Positions 9,922 through 21,894 are shown, numbered from the stretch's first letter. The stretch is 64,000 bases of DNA from Escherichia coli (GCF_001677475.2 NZ_CP015229.1); one strand, 5' to 3'. Numbers and translations: made by a program. Notes: generated by a model from the sequence alone, not told the origin.

Positions 9922-10468
9922 GGGTAATCCTTTGTAAGACAGAGAGTAAAATAAGTTACACACGTCGTATTTATGGCCGCTCATAACGGCACAGGTTTAA
10001 TATCACAGGAGTGTCTTTATCTGACCGTAATGTTGCAATTGATCTATTTTCAAAATGTCTTTCGGGAAATGATTGTTTAAAGTGTGTTTTCAAATTCTCA
10101 TTTTAATTCAGTGTGTTATGTCAACTAATGTCATGAATGTTAAATTTTTAAAATTAACTTGATTTGATGTATTGAGATAATTGTGATCAACTTCTAATTT
10201 GCATTTTTGTGACGTGGCTTTAGCCATGAGTAAATGCATTTCATAAAAGTTAAGTCGAATTTCACTGCAATTCATCTCTGCTTAATGTAAAAATAATGTT
10301 GAAAATAACAAATAATTAATGATTCATGCGAATTATGACCTTTGTTAGCTCTTTTGATTTTTCGTAAAAAAGAAAAGCACATGAAGGTGCTACCAGTACG
10401 AGAAACGTTAATCAAAAGTTTTATTACGTCTGGCAATAACGCAGGCCATTTTTCGCGACAGGAGGGAT
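9922..10468 (-). promoter_or_regulatory. AT-rich leader/promoter region of the glutamate mutase operon
   Basis: About 550 bp non-coding, very AT-rich, directly upstream of the first operon gene; no specific sites identified. Confidence 0.4.
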
Positions 10469-10891
10469 TTAATCAGTATAATCCTCATACAATAGGTCAG
10501 GATTTACAGAACCGTTAACGGGGTTTTGGTGTTGAAATTTAGAAATGGTGGAGTCAATCAATGAAGACAGTATCGAAAAAATGACTGTGTCAGAACTAAT
10601 TTCAATTAATCCTTCTCGTTGTTGATCAAAAAAGATATTTATCTTGATTTCATTTGTACTACGGCAATCAATATGTAGTAATTTTTGATCGCTGAGATTT
10701 TCTGTTTCATAAATGTTTTTGGCGATAGTCGGATGTATTGATGCCAGACATCTGCTCAGATAAGCCATATCCTTTAAGGAACTCCCCGCTGAGTAGAGGA
10801 TGTCAGAGAATTTTTGTGTGTCAACTGTTGTCTCTGAAGCGTATGTTGCATTGACAGGAAGAGTATTGAAAGAGATCTGAGATGGTATCAT
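10469..10891 (-). CDS. Hypothetical acidic small protein (140 aa), second gene of AT-rich two-gene module
   Basis: Complete ORF in AT-rich DNA; Asp/Glu-rich, no motif I recognise. Confidence 0.55.
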   Translation of the reverse strand: MIPSQISFNTLPVNATYASETTVDTQKFSDILYSAGSSLKDMAYLSRCLASIHPTIAKNIYETENLSDQKLLHIDCRSTNEIKINIFFDQQREGLIEISSDTVIFSILSSLIDSTISKFQHQNPVNGSVNPDLLYEDYTD

Positions 10892-10972
10892 TATTTAAAT
10901 CTTTCCGTGAGTAATAAAAATTAATCCCCAGGCATTGTTTAGCAATATTTGCCATAGGGGATATATAGAAAA

Positions 10973-11917
10973 TTAAAGTATTTTATTGGCTTCGGTTAAC
11001 TGATCTATAACCAGTGCCAGATTGGTAAACATTTTGAAAAAGCGATACTGGCTCGGAATATCTCTTTCAAAGACGAAACATTCAAGGTCATTGTTTGAAA
11101 AATAAAGGACTAGTGTTGCTGATTCGTCAGGGAAAACATGGAAATGTATCTGGTTACCAGAAGGAGGATAGTCCAGAAGAAGGGTATCTTTGCCCGTCAC
11201 ATACCTGTTGTTGTCGTGGACGCTACGCTCACACTTCATCAGAGGTGTCAGGATACTCATGTATTCATCTGATGTTAATTTATTAAAATCATCATTCATT
11301 TTAAAGAAACGATAAAGTAACAGTACATCCTCTTGCGTAACCGGTTCGTTTGTTTTTAGAGGGAAATAAGCGGGAACCAGAAGATGAGGTTCTAATCTAT
11401 TTTGTTGAGCGCTATAACTGAATTTGAACATAAATTCTGGATCGCTCATCAATTGAGCGACATAATTATGCCTGGCTTCAAAAATTTTAATTTTTATCAG
11501 GTTGAATAAGTCTGTTTCGTCATCCTGTATTAAAAGACATTGGCCATAGCAGCCTGGATTTTTTTCATTATAAGCAGAAACGGTTATTCTGTCAGAGGTG
11601 TCAACGTTATATTCAAAAGCCAGATAGTGACCTTCTTCATCGCGATTTGTTTCCAGGTTATTTAAATTCATCACATGAAGTGTTTGCAATGCTGATTCAA
11701 TGAGTTGTTGACTCTCTGAGGTAAATGTTTTGCGCTGCGTTGTATAAAGTGTATCAATTCCAACGACTATCCGATGTGGATCAAGGATGGCGGCAATCAT
11801 CTTTATTACCTGCACAGTCACGGGTGATGTCATTGATTCTTCATCTGTTTTTAGAGGATCATTAGATGGCCAACCTGAGAAGCGATTGACAGCCGAACCG
11901 ATATTATCTGGACTCAT
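10973..11917 (-). CDS. Hypothetical protein (314 aa), first gene of AT-rich two-gene module
   Basis: Complete ORF, same strand and 81 bp upstream of the 140-aa ORF; no TM segments or known motifs recognised; spot-checked 60-bp lines are about one-third G+C. Confidence 0.55.
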   Translation of the reverse strand: MSPDNIGSAVNRFSGWPSNDPLKTDEESMTSPVTVQVIKMIAAILDPHRIVVGIDTLYTTQRKTFTSESQQLIESALQTLHVMNLNNLETNRDEEGHYLAFEYNVDTSDRITVSAYNEKNPGCYGQCLLIQDDETDLFNLIKIKIFEARHNYVAQLMSDPEFMFKFSYSAQQNRLEPHLLVPAYFPLKTNEPVTQEDVLLLYRFFKMNDDFNKLTSDEYMSILTPLMKCERSVHDNNRYVTGKDTLLLDYPPSGNQIHFHVFPDESATLVLYFSNNDLECFVFERDIPSQYRFFKMFTNLALVIDQLTEANKIL

Positions 11918-12722
11918 AGCAGCAACCTCATTGTAATCAAGCGAGGCGCTGAGCGTACTCGGCTATAGAAAAACTAACTTGCAAAAATCGCTCATTTTTC
12001 ATTTATCAGGCGAAAGTGGCCTCTGTTCACTCAGAAACAATCACTCCCGCTAAGTCATACCTGTTTCATCGATACATTTAAGTGATTATTACTAATGAAA
12101 CAATAACATAACGGGCTTACGGTCGGTGCTCATAAAGGCAACAATCAATTAACTTTGATAAAAATATGTTATGTAAAATAGCAACAAATTGGCTACTCTA
12201 ATCAATTGGTATTATAAAAAGAGGATAAGGCGGTTCTGTTAAATAAAACACTGGTTTTTTATCTATACCTTTTCATTGTAATAATTGTGTTGCATAAATA
12301 TTTCACAATAAATTAACAATAAAATCACCAATGATCTATGGTTTATACATAATTAACATATTTGGTTGGTTTTGATATAAATCAATTTTTAATTCTTGAA
12401 AAAAATCTGCAAAACACGATAAATTGTCGTAGATCAAATTGGTGAGATCGTGACAATTTCGCTATAAATTGATCACTGTCGAAAAATGCAAATTTGCTCA
12501 ATAAAAACCTGTTTATTGTAAGGATTTTGCGGCGTAATATAATTACGGGATCAATTTGGTTTATTCATTAACATATTTGTAACTTTTTTATCATTGTCTT
12601 TTCCTCTTTTGATGAAATGGCAACGATAGAGGCGAGCAAATAATTTTGTATTGGGGCATGCGTGTGACCCTTTCTAACGGGGTTCACTCTCGGAGTCTTC
12701 ATGCGATGAGCAAGGAGTCATG
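11918..12722 (+). promoter_or_regulatory. cydAB upstream regulatory region, AT-rich
   Basis: Long AT-rich non-coding region before cydA; in E. coli the cydAB promoters are controlled by ArcA, FNR and H-NS (established knowledge); individual sites not resolved by eye. Confidence 0.5.
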
Positions 12723-14291
12723 ATGTTAGATATAGTCGAACTGTCGCGCTTACAGTTTGCCTTGACCGCGATGTACCACTTCCTTTTTGTGCCACTGACG
12801 CTCGGTATGGCGTTCCTGCTGGCCATTATGGAAACGGTCTACGTCCTTTCCGGCAAACAGATTTATAAAGATATGACCAAGTTCTGGGGCAAGTTGTTTG
12901 GTATCAACTTCGCTCTGGGTGTGGCTACCGGTCTGACCATGGAGTTCCAGTTCGGGACTAACTGGTCTTACTATTCCCACTATGTAGGGGATATCTTCGG
13001 TGCGCCGCTGGCAATCGAAGGTCTGATGGCCTTCTTCCTCGAATCCACCTTTGTAGGTCTGTTCTTCTTCGGTTGGGATCGTCTGGGTAAGGTTCAGCAT
13101 ATGTGTGTCACCTGGCTGGTGGCGCTCGGTTCAAACCTGTCCGCGCTGTGGATTCTGGTTGCGAACGGCTGGATGCAAAACCCAATCGCGTCCGATTTCA
13201 ACTTTGAAACTATGCGTATGGAGATGGTGAGCTTCTCCGAGCTGGTGCTTAACCCGGTTGCTCAGGTGAAATTCGTTCACACTGTAGCGTCTGGTTATGT
13301 GACTGGCGCGATGTTCATCCTCGGTATCAGCGCATGGTATATGCTGAAAGGTCGTGACTTCGCCTTCGCTAAACGCTCCTTTGCTATCGCTGCCAGCTTC
13401 GGTATGGCTGCCGTTCTGTCTGTTATTGTTCTGGGTGATGAATCCGGCTACGAAATGGGCGACGTGCAGAAAACCAAACTGGCTGCTATTGAAGCTGAGT
13501 GGGAAACGCAACCTGCGCCTGCTGCCTTTACTCTGTTCGGCATTCCTGATCAGGAAGAGGAGACGAACAAATTTGCGATCCAGATCCCTTACGCGCTGGG
13601 CATCATTGCAACGCGTTCCGTGGATACTCCAGTTATCGGCCTGAAAGAACTGATGGTGCAGCATGAAGAACGCATTCGTAACGGGATGAAGGCGTACTCT
13701 CTGCTCGAACAACTGCGTTCTGGTTCTACCGACCAGGCGGTTCGTGACCAGTTCAATAGCATGAAGAAAGACCTCGGTTACGGTCTGCTGCTGAAACGCT
13801 ATACGCCAAACGTGGCTGATGCGACTGAAGCTCAGATTCAACAGGCAACCAAAGACTCCATTCCGCGTGTAGCGCCGCTGTACTTTGCGTTCCGTATCAT
13901 GGTGGCGTGTGGCTTCTTGCTGCTGGCAATCATCGCGCTCTCTTTCTGGAGTGTCATCCGCAACCGCATTGGCGAGAAAAAATGGTTGCTGCGCGCCGCG
14001 CTGTACGGTATTCCGCTGCCGTGGATTGCTGTAGAAGCGGGCTGGTTCGTGGCTGAATATGGCCGCCAACCGTGGGCTATCGGTGAAGTGCTGCCGACAG
14101 CTGTGGCAAACTCGTCACTGACCGCAGGCGATCTCATCTTCTCAATGGTGCTGATTTGTGGCCTGTATACCCTGTTCCTGGTGGCAGAATTGTTCTTAAT
14201 GTTCAAGTTTGCACGCCTCGGCCCAAGCAGCCTGAAAACCGGTCGCTATCACTTTGAGCAGTCTTCCACGACTACTCAGCCGGCACGCTAA
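12723..14291 (+). CDS. cydA: Cytochrome bd-I ubiquinol oxidase subunit I
   Basis: Translation [28 protein letters not shown]... recognised as CydA; start at second ATG to give 522 aa. Confidence 0.97.
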
Positions 14292-14306
14292 GACAGGAGT
14301 CGTCAA

Positions 14307-15446
14307 ATGATCGATTATGAAGTATTGCGTTTTATCTGGTGGCTGCTGGTTGGCGTTCTGCTGATTGGTTTTGCAGTCACTGACGGTTTCGACATGGGGG
14401 TGGGCATGCTCACCCGTTTCCTCGGTCGTAACGACACCGAGCGTCGAATTATGATTAACTCCATTGCTCCACACTGGGACGGTAACCAGGTTTGGCTGAT
14501 CACCGCGGGCGGCGCACTCTTTGCTGCCTGGCCGATGGTCTATGCTGCTGCGTTCTCCGGCTTCTATGTGGCGATGATTCTCGTGCTGGCGTCTTTGTTC
14601 TTCCGTCCGGTCGGTTTTGACTACCGCTCCAAGATTGAAGAAACCCGCTGGCGTAACATGTGGGACTGGGGCATCTTCATTGGTAGCTTCGTTCCGCCGC
14701 TGGTAATTGGTGTAGCGTTCGGTAACCTGTTGCAGGGCGTACCGTTCAACGTTGATGAATATCTGCGTCTGTACTACACCGGTAACTTCTTCCAGTTGCT
14801 TAACCCGTTCGGCCTGCTGGCAGGCGTGGTGAGCGTAGGGATGATCATTACTCAGGGCGCGACTTATCTGCAGATGCGCACCGTGGGCGAACTGCACCTG
14901 CGTACCCGTGCAACGGCTCAGGTGGCGGCACTGGTGACACTGGTCTGCTTCGCACTGGCTGGCGTATGGGTGATGTACGGTATCGATGGTTATGTCGTGA
15001 AATCGACAATGGACCATTACGCAGCCTCTAACCCGCTGAATAAAGAAGTGGTTCGTGAAGCTGGCGCATGGCTGGTTAACTTCAACAACACGCCAATTCT
15101 GTGGGCTATTCCGGCACTGGGTGTGGTTCTGCCGCTGCTGACCATCCTGACTGCACGTATGGATAAAGCCGCATGGGCGTTTGTGTTCTCCTCCCTGACG
15201 CTGGCCTGCATCATCCTGACTGCCGGTATCGCAATGTTCCCGTTTGTGATGCCGTCCAGCACCATGATGAACGCAAGTCTGACAATGTGGGATGCAACTT
15301 CCAGCCAGCTGACACTTAACGTCATGACCTGGGTTGCGGTGGTTCTGGTACCGATCATTCTGCTCTACACCGCCTGGTGTTACTGGAAAATGTTCGGTCG
15401 TATCACCAAAGAAGATATTGAACGTAACACCCACTCTCTGTACTAA
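14307..15446 (+). CDS. cydB: Cytochrome bd-I ubiquinol oxidase subunit II
   Basis: 379-aa [36 protein letters not shown]... immediately after cydA. Confidence 0.97.
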   Translation: MIDYEVLRFIWWLLVGVLLIGFAVTDGFDMGVGMLTRFLGRNDTERRIMINSIAPHWDGNQVWLITAGGALFAAWPMVYAAAFSGFYVAMILVLASLFFRPVGFDYRSKIEETRWRNMWDWGIFIGSFVPPLVIGVAFGNLLQGVPFNVDEYLRLYYTGNFFQLLNPFGLLAGVVSVGMIITQGATYLQMRTVGELHLRTRATAQVAALVTLVCFALAGVWVMYGIDGYVVKSTMDHYAASNPLNKEVVREAGAWLVNFNNTPILWAIPALGVVLPLLTILTARMDKAAWAFVFSSLTLACIILTAGIAMFPFVMPSSTMMNASLTMWDATSSQLTLNVMTWVAVVLVPIILLYTAWCYWKMFGRITKEDIERNTHSLY

Positions 15447-15460
15447 GTAAGGAGCTAAAA

Positions 15461-15574
15461 ATGTGGTATTTCGCATGGATTCTGGGAACGCTTCTTGCCT
15501 GTTCGTTTGGGGTAATCACCGCGCTGGCGCTTGAGCACGTCGAATCAGGCAAAGCCGGTCAAGAAGACATCTGA
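15461..15574 (+). CDS. cydX: Cytochrome bd-I small subunit CydX (37 aa)
   Basis: ATG at 15461 after GGAG SD; translation MWYFAWILGTLLACSFGVITALALEHVESGKAGQEDI; absent from ORF track because under 60 aa. Confidence 0.9.
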   Translation: MWYFAWILGTLLACSFGVITALALEHVESGKAGQEDI

Positions 15575-15867
15575 TGAGTAAGATTATCGCAACCTTGTAT
15601 GCGGTAATGGACAAGCGCCCCCTGCGGGCGCTTTCCTTCGTGATGGCGCTTCTGTTAGCAGGATGTATGTTTTGGGACCCATCACGTTTTGCCGCGAAGA
15701 CCAGTGAACTGGAAATCTGGCATGGTTTATTGCTGATGTGGGCCGTCTGTGCTGGTGTGATTCACGGCGTGGGCTTTCGTCCGCAGAAGGTTCTTTGGCA
15801 AGGGATTTTTTGCCCATTGCTTGCCGATATTGTTCTCATTGTCGGGCTGATTTTCTTCTTCTTTTAA
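15574..15867 (+). CDS. ybgE: Cyd operon protein YbgE
   Basis: 97-aa hydrophobic ORF overlapping the cydX stop. Confidence 0.9.
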   Translation: MSKIIATLYAVMDKRPLRALSFVMALLLAGCMFWDPSRFAAKTSELEIWHGLLLMWAVCAGVIHGVGFRPQKVLWQGIFCPLLADIVLIVGLIFFFF

Positions 15868-15888
15868 ATCAGAATTCTCTTTAAAAAA

Positions 15889-15918
15889 TTATGGGCCGCT
15901 CCAGGCCCATAAATTTTT
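15889..15918 (+). terminator. Rho-independent terminator after cydABX-ybgE
   Basis: Hairpin atgggccgctccaggcccat followed by a T-rich run. Confidence 0.6.
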
Positions 15919-16016
15919 ACGCTCCCTTAACTTGCCCTCATTCCCAAACCTCAATCGCGCGCGTATAGTAGCAGCGTTTAAAAGCTCTAACTTTTGTTGC
16001 ATTACCGGGATGTAAA

Positions 16017-17110
<1,094 letters not shown>

Positions 17111-17113
17111 GCC

Positions 17114-17542
17114 ATGGCCAGAGCGCGTGGACGAGGTCGTCGCGATCTCAAGTCCGAAATCAACATTGTACCGTTGCTGGACGTACTGCTGGTGCTGTTG
17201 CTGATCTTTATGGCGACAGCGCCCATCATCACCCAGAGCGTGGAGGTCGATCTGCCAGACGCTACTGAATCACAGGCGGTGAGCAGTAACGATAATCCGC
17301 CAGTGATTGTTGAAGTGTCTGGTATTGGTCAGTACACCGTGGTGGTTGAGAAAGATCGCCTGGAGCGTTTACCACCAGAGCAGGTGGTGGCGGAAGTGTC
17401 CAGCCGTTTCAAGGCCAACCCGAAAACGGTCTTTCTGATCGGTGGCGCAAAAGATGTGCCTTACGATGAAATAATTAAAGCACTGAACTTGTTACATAGT
17501 GCGGGTGTGAAATCGGTTGGTTTAATGACGCAGCCTATCTAA
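17114..17542 (+). CDS. tolR: Tol-Pal system protein TolR
   Basis: 142-aa ExbD-like ORF. Confidence 0.97.
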   Translation: MARARGRGRRDLKSEINIVPLLDVLLVLLLIFMATAPIITQSVEVDLPDATESQAVSSNDNPPVIVEVSGIGQYTVVVEKDRLERLPPEQVVAEVSSRFKANPKTVFLIGGAKDVPYDEIIKALNLLHSAGVKSVGLMTQPI

Positions 17543-17606
17543 ACATCTGCGTTTCCCTTGCTTGAAAGAGAGCGGGTAACAGGCGAACAGTTTTTGGAAA
17601 CCGAGA

Positions 17607-18872
17607 GTGTCAAAGGCAACCGAACAAAACGACAAGCTCAAGCGGGCGATAATTATTTCAGCAGTGCTGCATGTCATCTTATTTGCGGCGCTGATCTGGA
17701 GTTCGTTCGATGAGAATATAGAAGCTTCAGCTGGAGGCGGCGGTGGTTCGTCCATCGACGCTGTCATGGTTGATTCAGGTGCGGTAGTTGAGCAGTACAA
17801 ACGCATGCAAAGCCAGGAATCAAGCGCGAAGCGTTCTGATGAGCAGCGCAAGATGAAGGAACAGCAGGCTGCTGAAGAACTGCGTGAGAAACAAGCGGCT
17901 GAACAGGAACGCCTGAAGCAACTTGAGAAAGAGCGGTTAGCTGCTCAGGAACAGAAAAAGCAGGCTGAAGAAGCCGCAAAACAGGCCGAGTTAAAGCAGA
18001 AGCAAGCGGAAGAGGCGGCAGCGAAAGCGGCGGCAGATGCTAAAGCGAAGGCCGAAGCGGATGCTAAAGCTGCGGAAGAAGCAGCGAAGAAAGCGGCTGC
18101 AGACGCGAAGAAAAAAGCAGAAGCAGAAGCCGCCAAAGCCGCAGCCGAAGCGCAGAAAAAAGCCGAGGCAGCCGCTGCGGCACTGAAGAAGAAAGCGGAA
18201 GCGGCAGAAGCAGCTGCAGCTGAAGCAAGAAAGAAAGCGGCAACTGAAGCTGCTGAAAAAGCCAAGGCAGAAGCTGAGAAGAAAGCGGCTGCTGAAAAGG
18301 CTGCAGCTGATAAGAAAGCGGCAGCAGAGAAAGCTGCAGCCGACAAAAAAGCAGCAGAAAAAGCGGCTGCTGAAAAAGCAGCAGCTGATAAGAAAGCAGC
18401 GGCAGAAAAAGCCGCCGCAGACAAAAAAGCGGCAGCGGCAAAAGCAGCAGCTGAAAAAGCCGCTGCAGCAAAAGCGGCCGCAGAGGCAGATGATATTTTC
18501 GGTGAGCTAAGCTCTGGTAAGAATGCACCGAAAACTGGGGGAGGGGCGAAAGGGAACAATGCTTCGCCTGCCGGGAGTGGTAATACTAAAAACAATGGCG
18601 CATCAGGGGCCGATATCAATAACTATGCCGGGCAGATTAAATCTGCTATCGAAAGTAAGTTCTATGACGCATCGTCCTATGCAGGCAAAACCTGTACGCT
18701 GCGCATAAAACTGGCACCCGATGGTATGTTACTGGATATCAAACCTGAAGGTGGCGATCCCGCACTTTGTCAGGCTGCGTTGGCAGCAGCTAAACTTGCG
18801 AAGATCCCGAAACCACCAAGCCAGGCAGTATATGAAGTGTTCAAAAACGCGCCATTGGACTTCAAACCGTAA
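17607..18872 (+). CDS. tolA: Tol-Pal system protein TolA
   Basis: 421-aa ORF with N-terminal TM segment, long Ala/Lys/Glu-rich helical domain II and C-terminal domain III. Confidence 0.97.
   Translation: MSKATEQNDKLKRAIIISAVLHVILFAALIWSSFDENIEASAGGGGGSSIDAVMVDSGAVVEQYKRMQSQESSAKRSDEQRKMKEQQAAEELREKQAAEQERLKQLEKERLAAQEQKKQAEEAAKQAELKQKQAEEAAAKAAADAKAKAEADAKAAEEAAKKAAADAKKKAEAEAAKAAAEAQKKAEAAAAALKKKAEAAEAAAAEARKKAATEAAEKAKAEAEKKAAAEKAAADKKAAAEKAAADKKAAEKAAAEKAAADKKAAAEKAAADKKAAAAKAAAEKAAAAKAAAEADDIFGELSSGKNAPKTGGGAKGNNASPAGSGNTKNNGASGADINNYAGQIKSAIESKFYDASSYAGKTCTLRIKLAPDGMLLDIKPEGGDPALCQAALAAAKLAKIPKPPSQAVYEVFKNAPLDFKP
17980..18480 (+). repeat. Low-complexity tandem repeat DNA encoding TolA domain II (A/K/E-rich)
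   Basis: Visible reiterated gcggc(a/t)gc(a/t)gaaaaagc units; generates spurious antisense ORFs. Confidence 0.85.
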
Positions 18873-19004
18873 TCGCGATGTTGACTGTTCCGACGGTCAA
18901 CATCAGGCACCGGTTGCCACGGGGTTCTGGTAGTTTTGTGTATTTTAGTTTGTTAACATTCTGCTAAATTATCGTGGGCCATCGGTCCAGATAAGGGAGA
19001 TATG

Positions 19005-20297
19005 ATGAAGCAGGCATTACGAGTAGCATTTGGTTTTCTCATACTGTGGGCATCAGTTCTGCATGCTGAAGTCCGCATTGTGATCGACAGCGGTGTAGAT
19101 TCCGGTCGTCCTATTGGTGTTGTTCCTTTCCAGTGGGCGGGTCCTGGTGCGGCACCTGAAGATATTGGCGGTATCGTTGCTGCTGACTTGCGTAACAGCG
19201 GTAAATTTAATCCGTTAGATCGCGCTCGTCTGCCACAGCAGCCGGGTAGTGCGCAGGAAGTTCAACCAGCTGCATGGTCTGCGCTGGGTATTGACGCTGT
19301 GGTTGTCGGCCAGGTCACTCCGAATCCGGACGGCTCTTACAATGTTGCTTATCAACTTGTTGACACTGGCGGCGCACCGGGTACTGTACTTGCTCAGAAC
19401 TCGTACAAAGTGAACAAGCAGTGGCTGCGTTATGCTGGTCATACCGCTAGTGACGAAGTATTTGAAAAACTGACCGGCATTAAAGGTGCGTTCCGTACCC
19501 GTATTGCCTACGTTGTTCAGACCAACGGCGGTCAGTTCCCGTATGAACTGCGCGTATCTGACTATGACGGTTACAACCAGTTTGTCGTTCACCGTTCACC
19601 ACAGCCGCTGATGTCTCCGGCGTGGTCACCGGATGGTTCTAAACTGGCTTATGTGACCTTCGAAAGCGGTCGTTCCGCGCTGGTCATCCAAACGCTGGCA
19701 AATGGCGCTGTACGTCAGGTGGCTTCATTCCCACGTCACAACGGCGCACCTGCATTCTCGCCAGACGGCAGCAAACTGGCATTTGCCTTGTCGAAAACCG
19801 GTAGTCTGAACCTGTACGTAATGGATTTGGCTTCTGGTCAGATCCGCCAGGTGACTGATGGTCGCAGTAACAATACCGAACCGACCTGGTTCCCGGACAG
19901 CCAGAACCTGGCATTTACTTCTGACCAGGCCGGTCGTCCACAGGTTTATAAAGTGAATATCAACGGCGGTGCGCCACAACGTATTACCTGGGAAGGTTCG
20001 CAGAACCAGGATGCGGATGTCAGCAGCGACGGTAAATTTATGGTAATGGTCAGCTCCAATGGTGGGCAGCAGCACATTGCCAAACAAGATCTGGCAACGG
20101 GAGGCGTACAAGTTCTGTCGTCCACGTTCCTGGATGAAACGCCAAGTCTGGCACCTAACGGCACTATGGTAATCTACAGCTCTTCTCAGGGGATGGGATC
20201 CGTGCTGAATTTGGTTTCTACAGATGGGCGTTTCAAAGCGCGTCTTCCGGCAACTGATGGACAGGTCAAATTCCCTGCCTGGTCGCCGTATCTGTGA
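19005..20297 (+). CDS. tolB: Tol-Pal system periplasmic protein TolB
   Basis: Recognised TolB sequence with signal peptide; start at second ATG (430 aa). Confidence 0.97.
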   Translation: MKQALRVAFGFLILWASVLHAEVRIVIDSGVDSGRPIGVVPFQWAGPGAAPEDIGGIVAADLRNSGKFNPLDRARLPQQPGSAQEVQPAAWSALGIDAVVVGQVTPNPDGSYNVAYQLVDTGGAPGTVLAQNSYKVNKQWLRYAGHTASDEVFEKLTGIKGAFRTRIAYVVQTNGGQFPYELRVSDYDGYNQFVVHRSPQPLMSPAWSPDGSKLAYVTFESGRSALVIQTLANGAVRQVASFPRHNGAPAFSPDGSKLAFALSKTGSLNLYVMDLASGQIRQVTDGRSNNTEPTWFPDSQNLAFTSDQAGRPQVYKVNINGGAPQRITWEGSQNQDADVSSDGKFMVMVSSNGGQQHIAKQDLATGGVQVLSSTFLDETPSLAPNGTMVIYSSSQGMGSVLNLVSTDGRFKARLPATDGQVKFPAWSPYL

Positions 20298-20307
20298 TAA
20301 TAATTAA

Positions 20308-20853
<546 letters not shown>

Positions 20854-20862
20854 GAGAATTGC

Positions 20863-21654
20863 ATGAGCAGTAACTTCAGACATCAACTATTGAGTCTGTC
20901 GTTACTGGTTGGTATAGCGGCCCCCTGGGCCGCTTTTGCTCAGGCACCAATCAGTAGTGTCGGCTCAGGCTCGGTCGAAGACCGCGTCACTCAACTTGAG
21001 CGTATTTCAAATGCTCACAGCCAGCTTTTAACCCAACTCCAGCAACAACTCTCTGATAATCAATCCGATATTGATTCCCTGCGCGGTCAGATTCAGGAAA
21101 ATCAGTATCAACTGAATCAGGTCGTGGAGCGGCAAAAGCAGATCCTGTTGCAGATCGACAGCCTCAGCAGCGGTGGTGCAGCGGCGCAATCAACCAGTGG
21201 TGATCAAAGCGGTGCGGCGGCATCAACGACGCCGACAGCTGATGCTGGTACTGCGAATGCTGGCGCGCCGGTGAAAAGCGGCGATGCAAACACGGATTAC
21301 AATGCAGCAATTGCGCTGGTGCAGGATAAATCCCGCCAGGATGACGCAATGGTGGCATTTCAGAATTTCATCAAAAATTACCCTGATTCAACTTACCTGC
21401 CAAACGCCAATTATTGGCTGGGTCAGTTAAACTACAACAAGGGTAAAAAAGATGATGCGGCGTACTATTTTGCTTCGGTAGTAAAAAACTATCCGAAGTC
21501 ACCAAAGGCTGCAGATGCGATGTTTAAAGTCGGTGTCATCATGCAGGACAAAGGTGACACCGCAAAAGCGAAAGCCGTATACCAGCAGGTTATCAGTAAA
21601 TACCCTGGTACTGATGGCGCTAAACAGGCACAAAAACGTCTGAACGCGATGTAA
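20863..21654 (+). CDS. cpoB: Cell division coordinator CpoB (YbgF), TPR protein
   Basis: 263-aa ORF with signal peptide, coiled-coil region and C-terminal TPR repeats. Confidence 0.95.
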   Translation: MSSNFRHQLLSLSLLVGIAAPWAAFAQAPISSVGSGSVEDRVTQLERISNAHSQLLTQLQQQLSDNQSDIDSLRGQIQENQYQLNQVVERQKQILLQIDSLSSGGAAAQSTSGDQSGAAASTTPTADAGTANAGAPVKSGDANTDYNAAIALVQDKSRQDDAMVAFQNFIKNYPDSTYLPNANYWLGQLNYNKGKKDDAAYYFASVVKNYPKSPKAADAMFKVGVIMQDKGDTAKAKAVYQQVISKYPGTDGAKQAQKRLNAM

Positions 21655-21663
21655 TGCATAACA

Positions 21664-21695
21664 CACGACCAGAAGTCGCATTATTTCTGGTCGTG
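21664..21695 (+). terminator. Stem-loop after cpoB (11-bp perfect stem cacgaccagaa/ttctggtcgtg)
   Basis: Inverted repeat read directly; lacks a strong T-run, so terminator role uncertain. Confidence 0.4.
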
Positions 21696-21818
21696 TCGTG
21701 CGAATCATAAGCAGTTGAGTGATCTACATCGAAATTTTTGTTGCGCTCAAGTCTGAAATCAGTAATATATGCCGCCGTTGCCACGGGATATCAAACAAAC
21801 CGAAAGCAACGAAAAAGT

Positions 21819-21894
21819 GGGTCGTTAGCTCAGTTGGTAGAGCAGTTGACTTTTAATCAATTGGTCGCAGGTTCGAATCCTGCACGACCCACCA
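21819..21894 (+). tRNA. lysT: tRNA-Lys (anticodon UUU)
   Basis: 76-nt gggtcgttagctcagttggtagagcagttgacttttaatcaattggtcgcaggttcgaatcctgcacgacccacca, anticodon loop cTTTTaa, CCA encoded. Confidence 0.97.

Noticed and set aside
10469-11917. Naming the AT-rich gene pair as a specific system (type III effector plus chaperone, toxin plus immunity, or a named anti-phage system)
   Set aside because: The acidic small partner and gene layout are compatible with several such systems, but I see no diagnostic motif; assigning a name would be guesswork without profile searches.
13131-15476. Long minus-strand ORFs (312 aa, 426 aa, His/Arg/Gln-rich) opposite cydA and cydB
   Set aside because: Antisense to highly conserved, confidently identified cytochrome bd genes; amino-acid composition is atypical for real proteins and reflects the GC-rich third positions of the sense frame.
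17945-18619. Antisense ORFs of 224 aa and 154 aa (Ala/Ser/Phe-rich and Leu/Pro/Gln-rich) opposite tolA
   Set aside because: They arise from the low-complexity repeat encoding TolA domain II; composition is biased, no RBS, and they are fully contained in a confidently identified gene.
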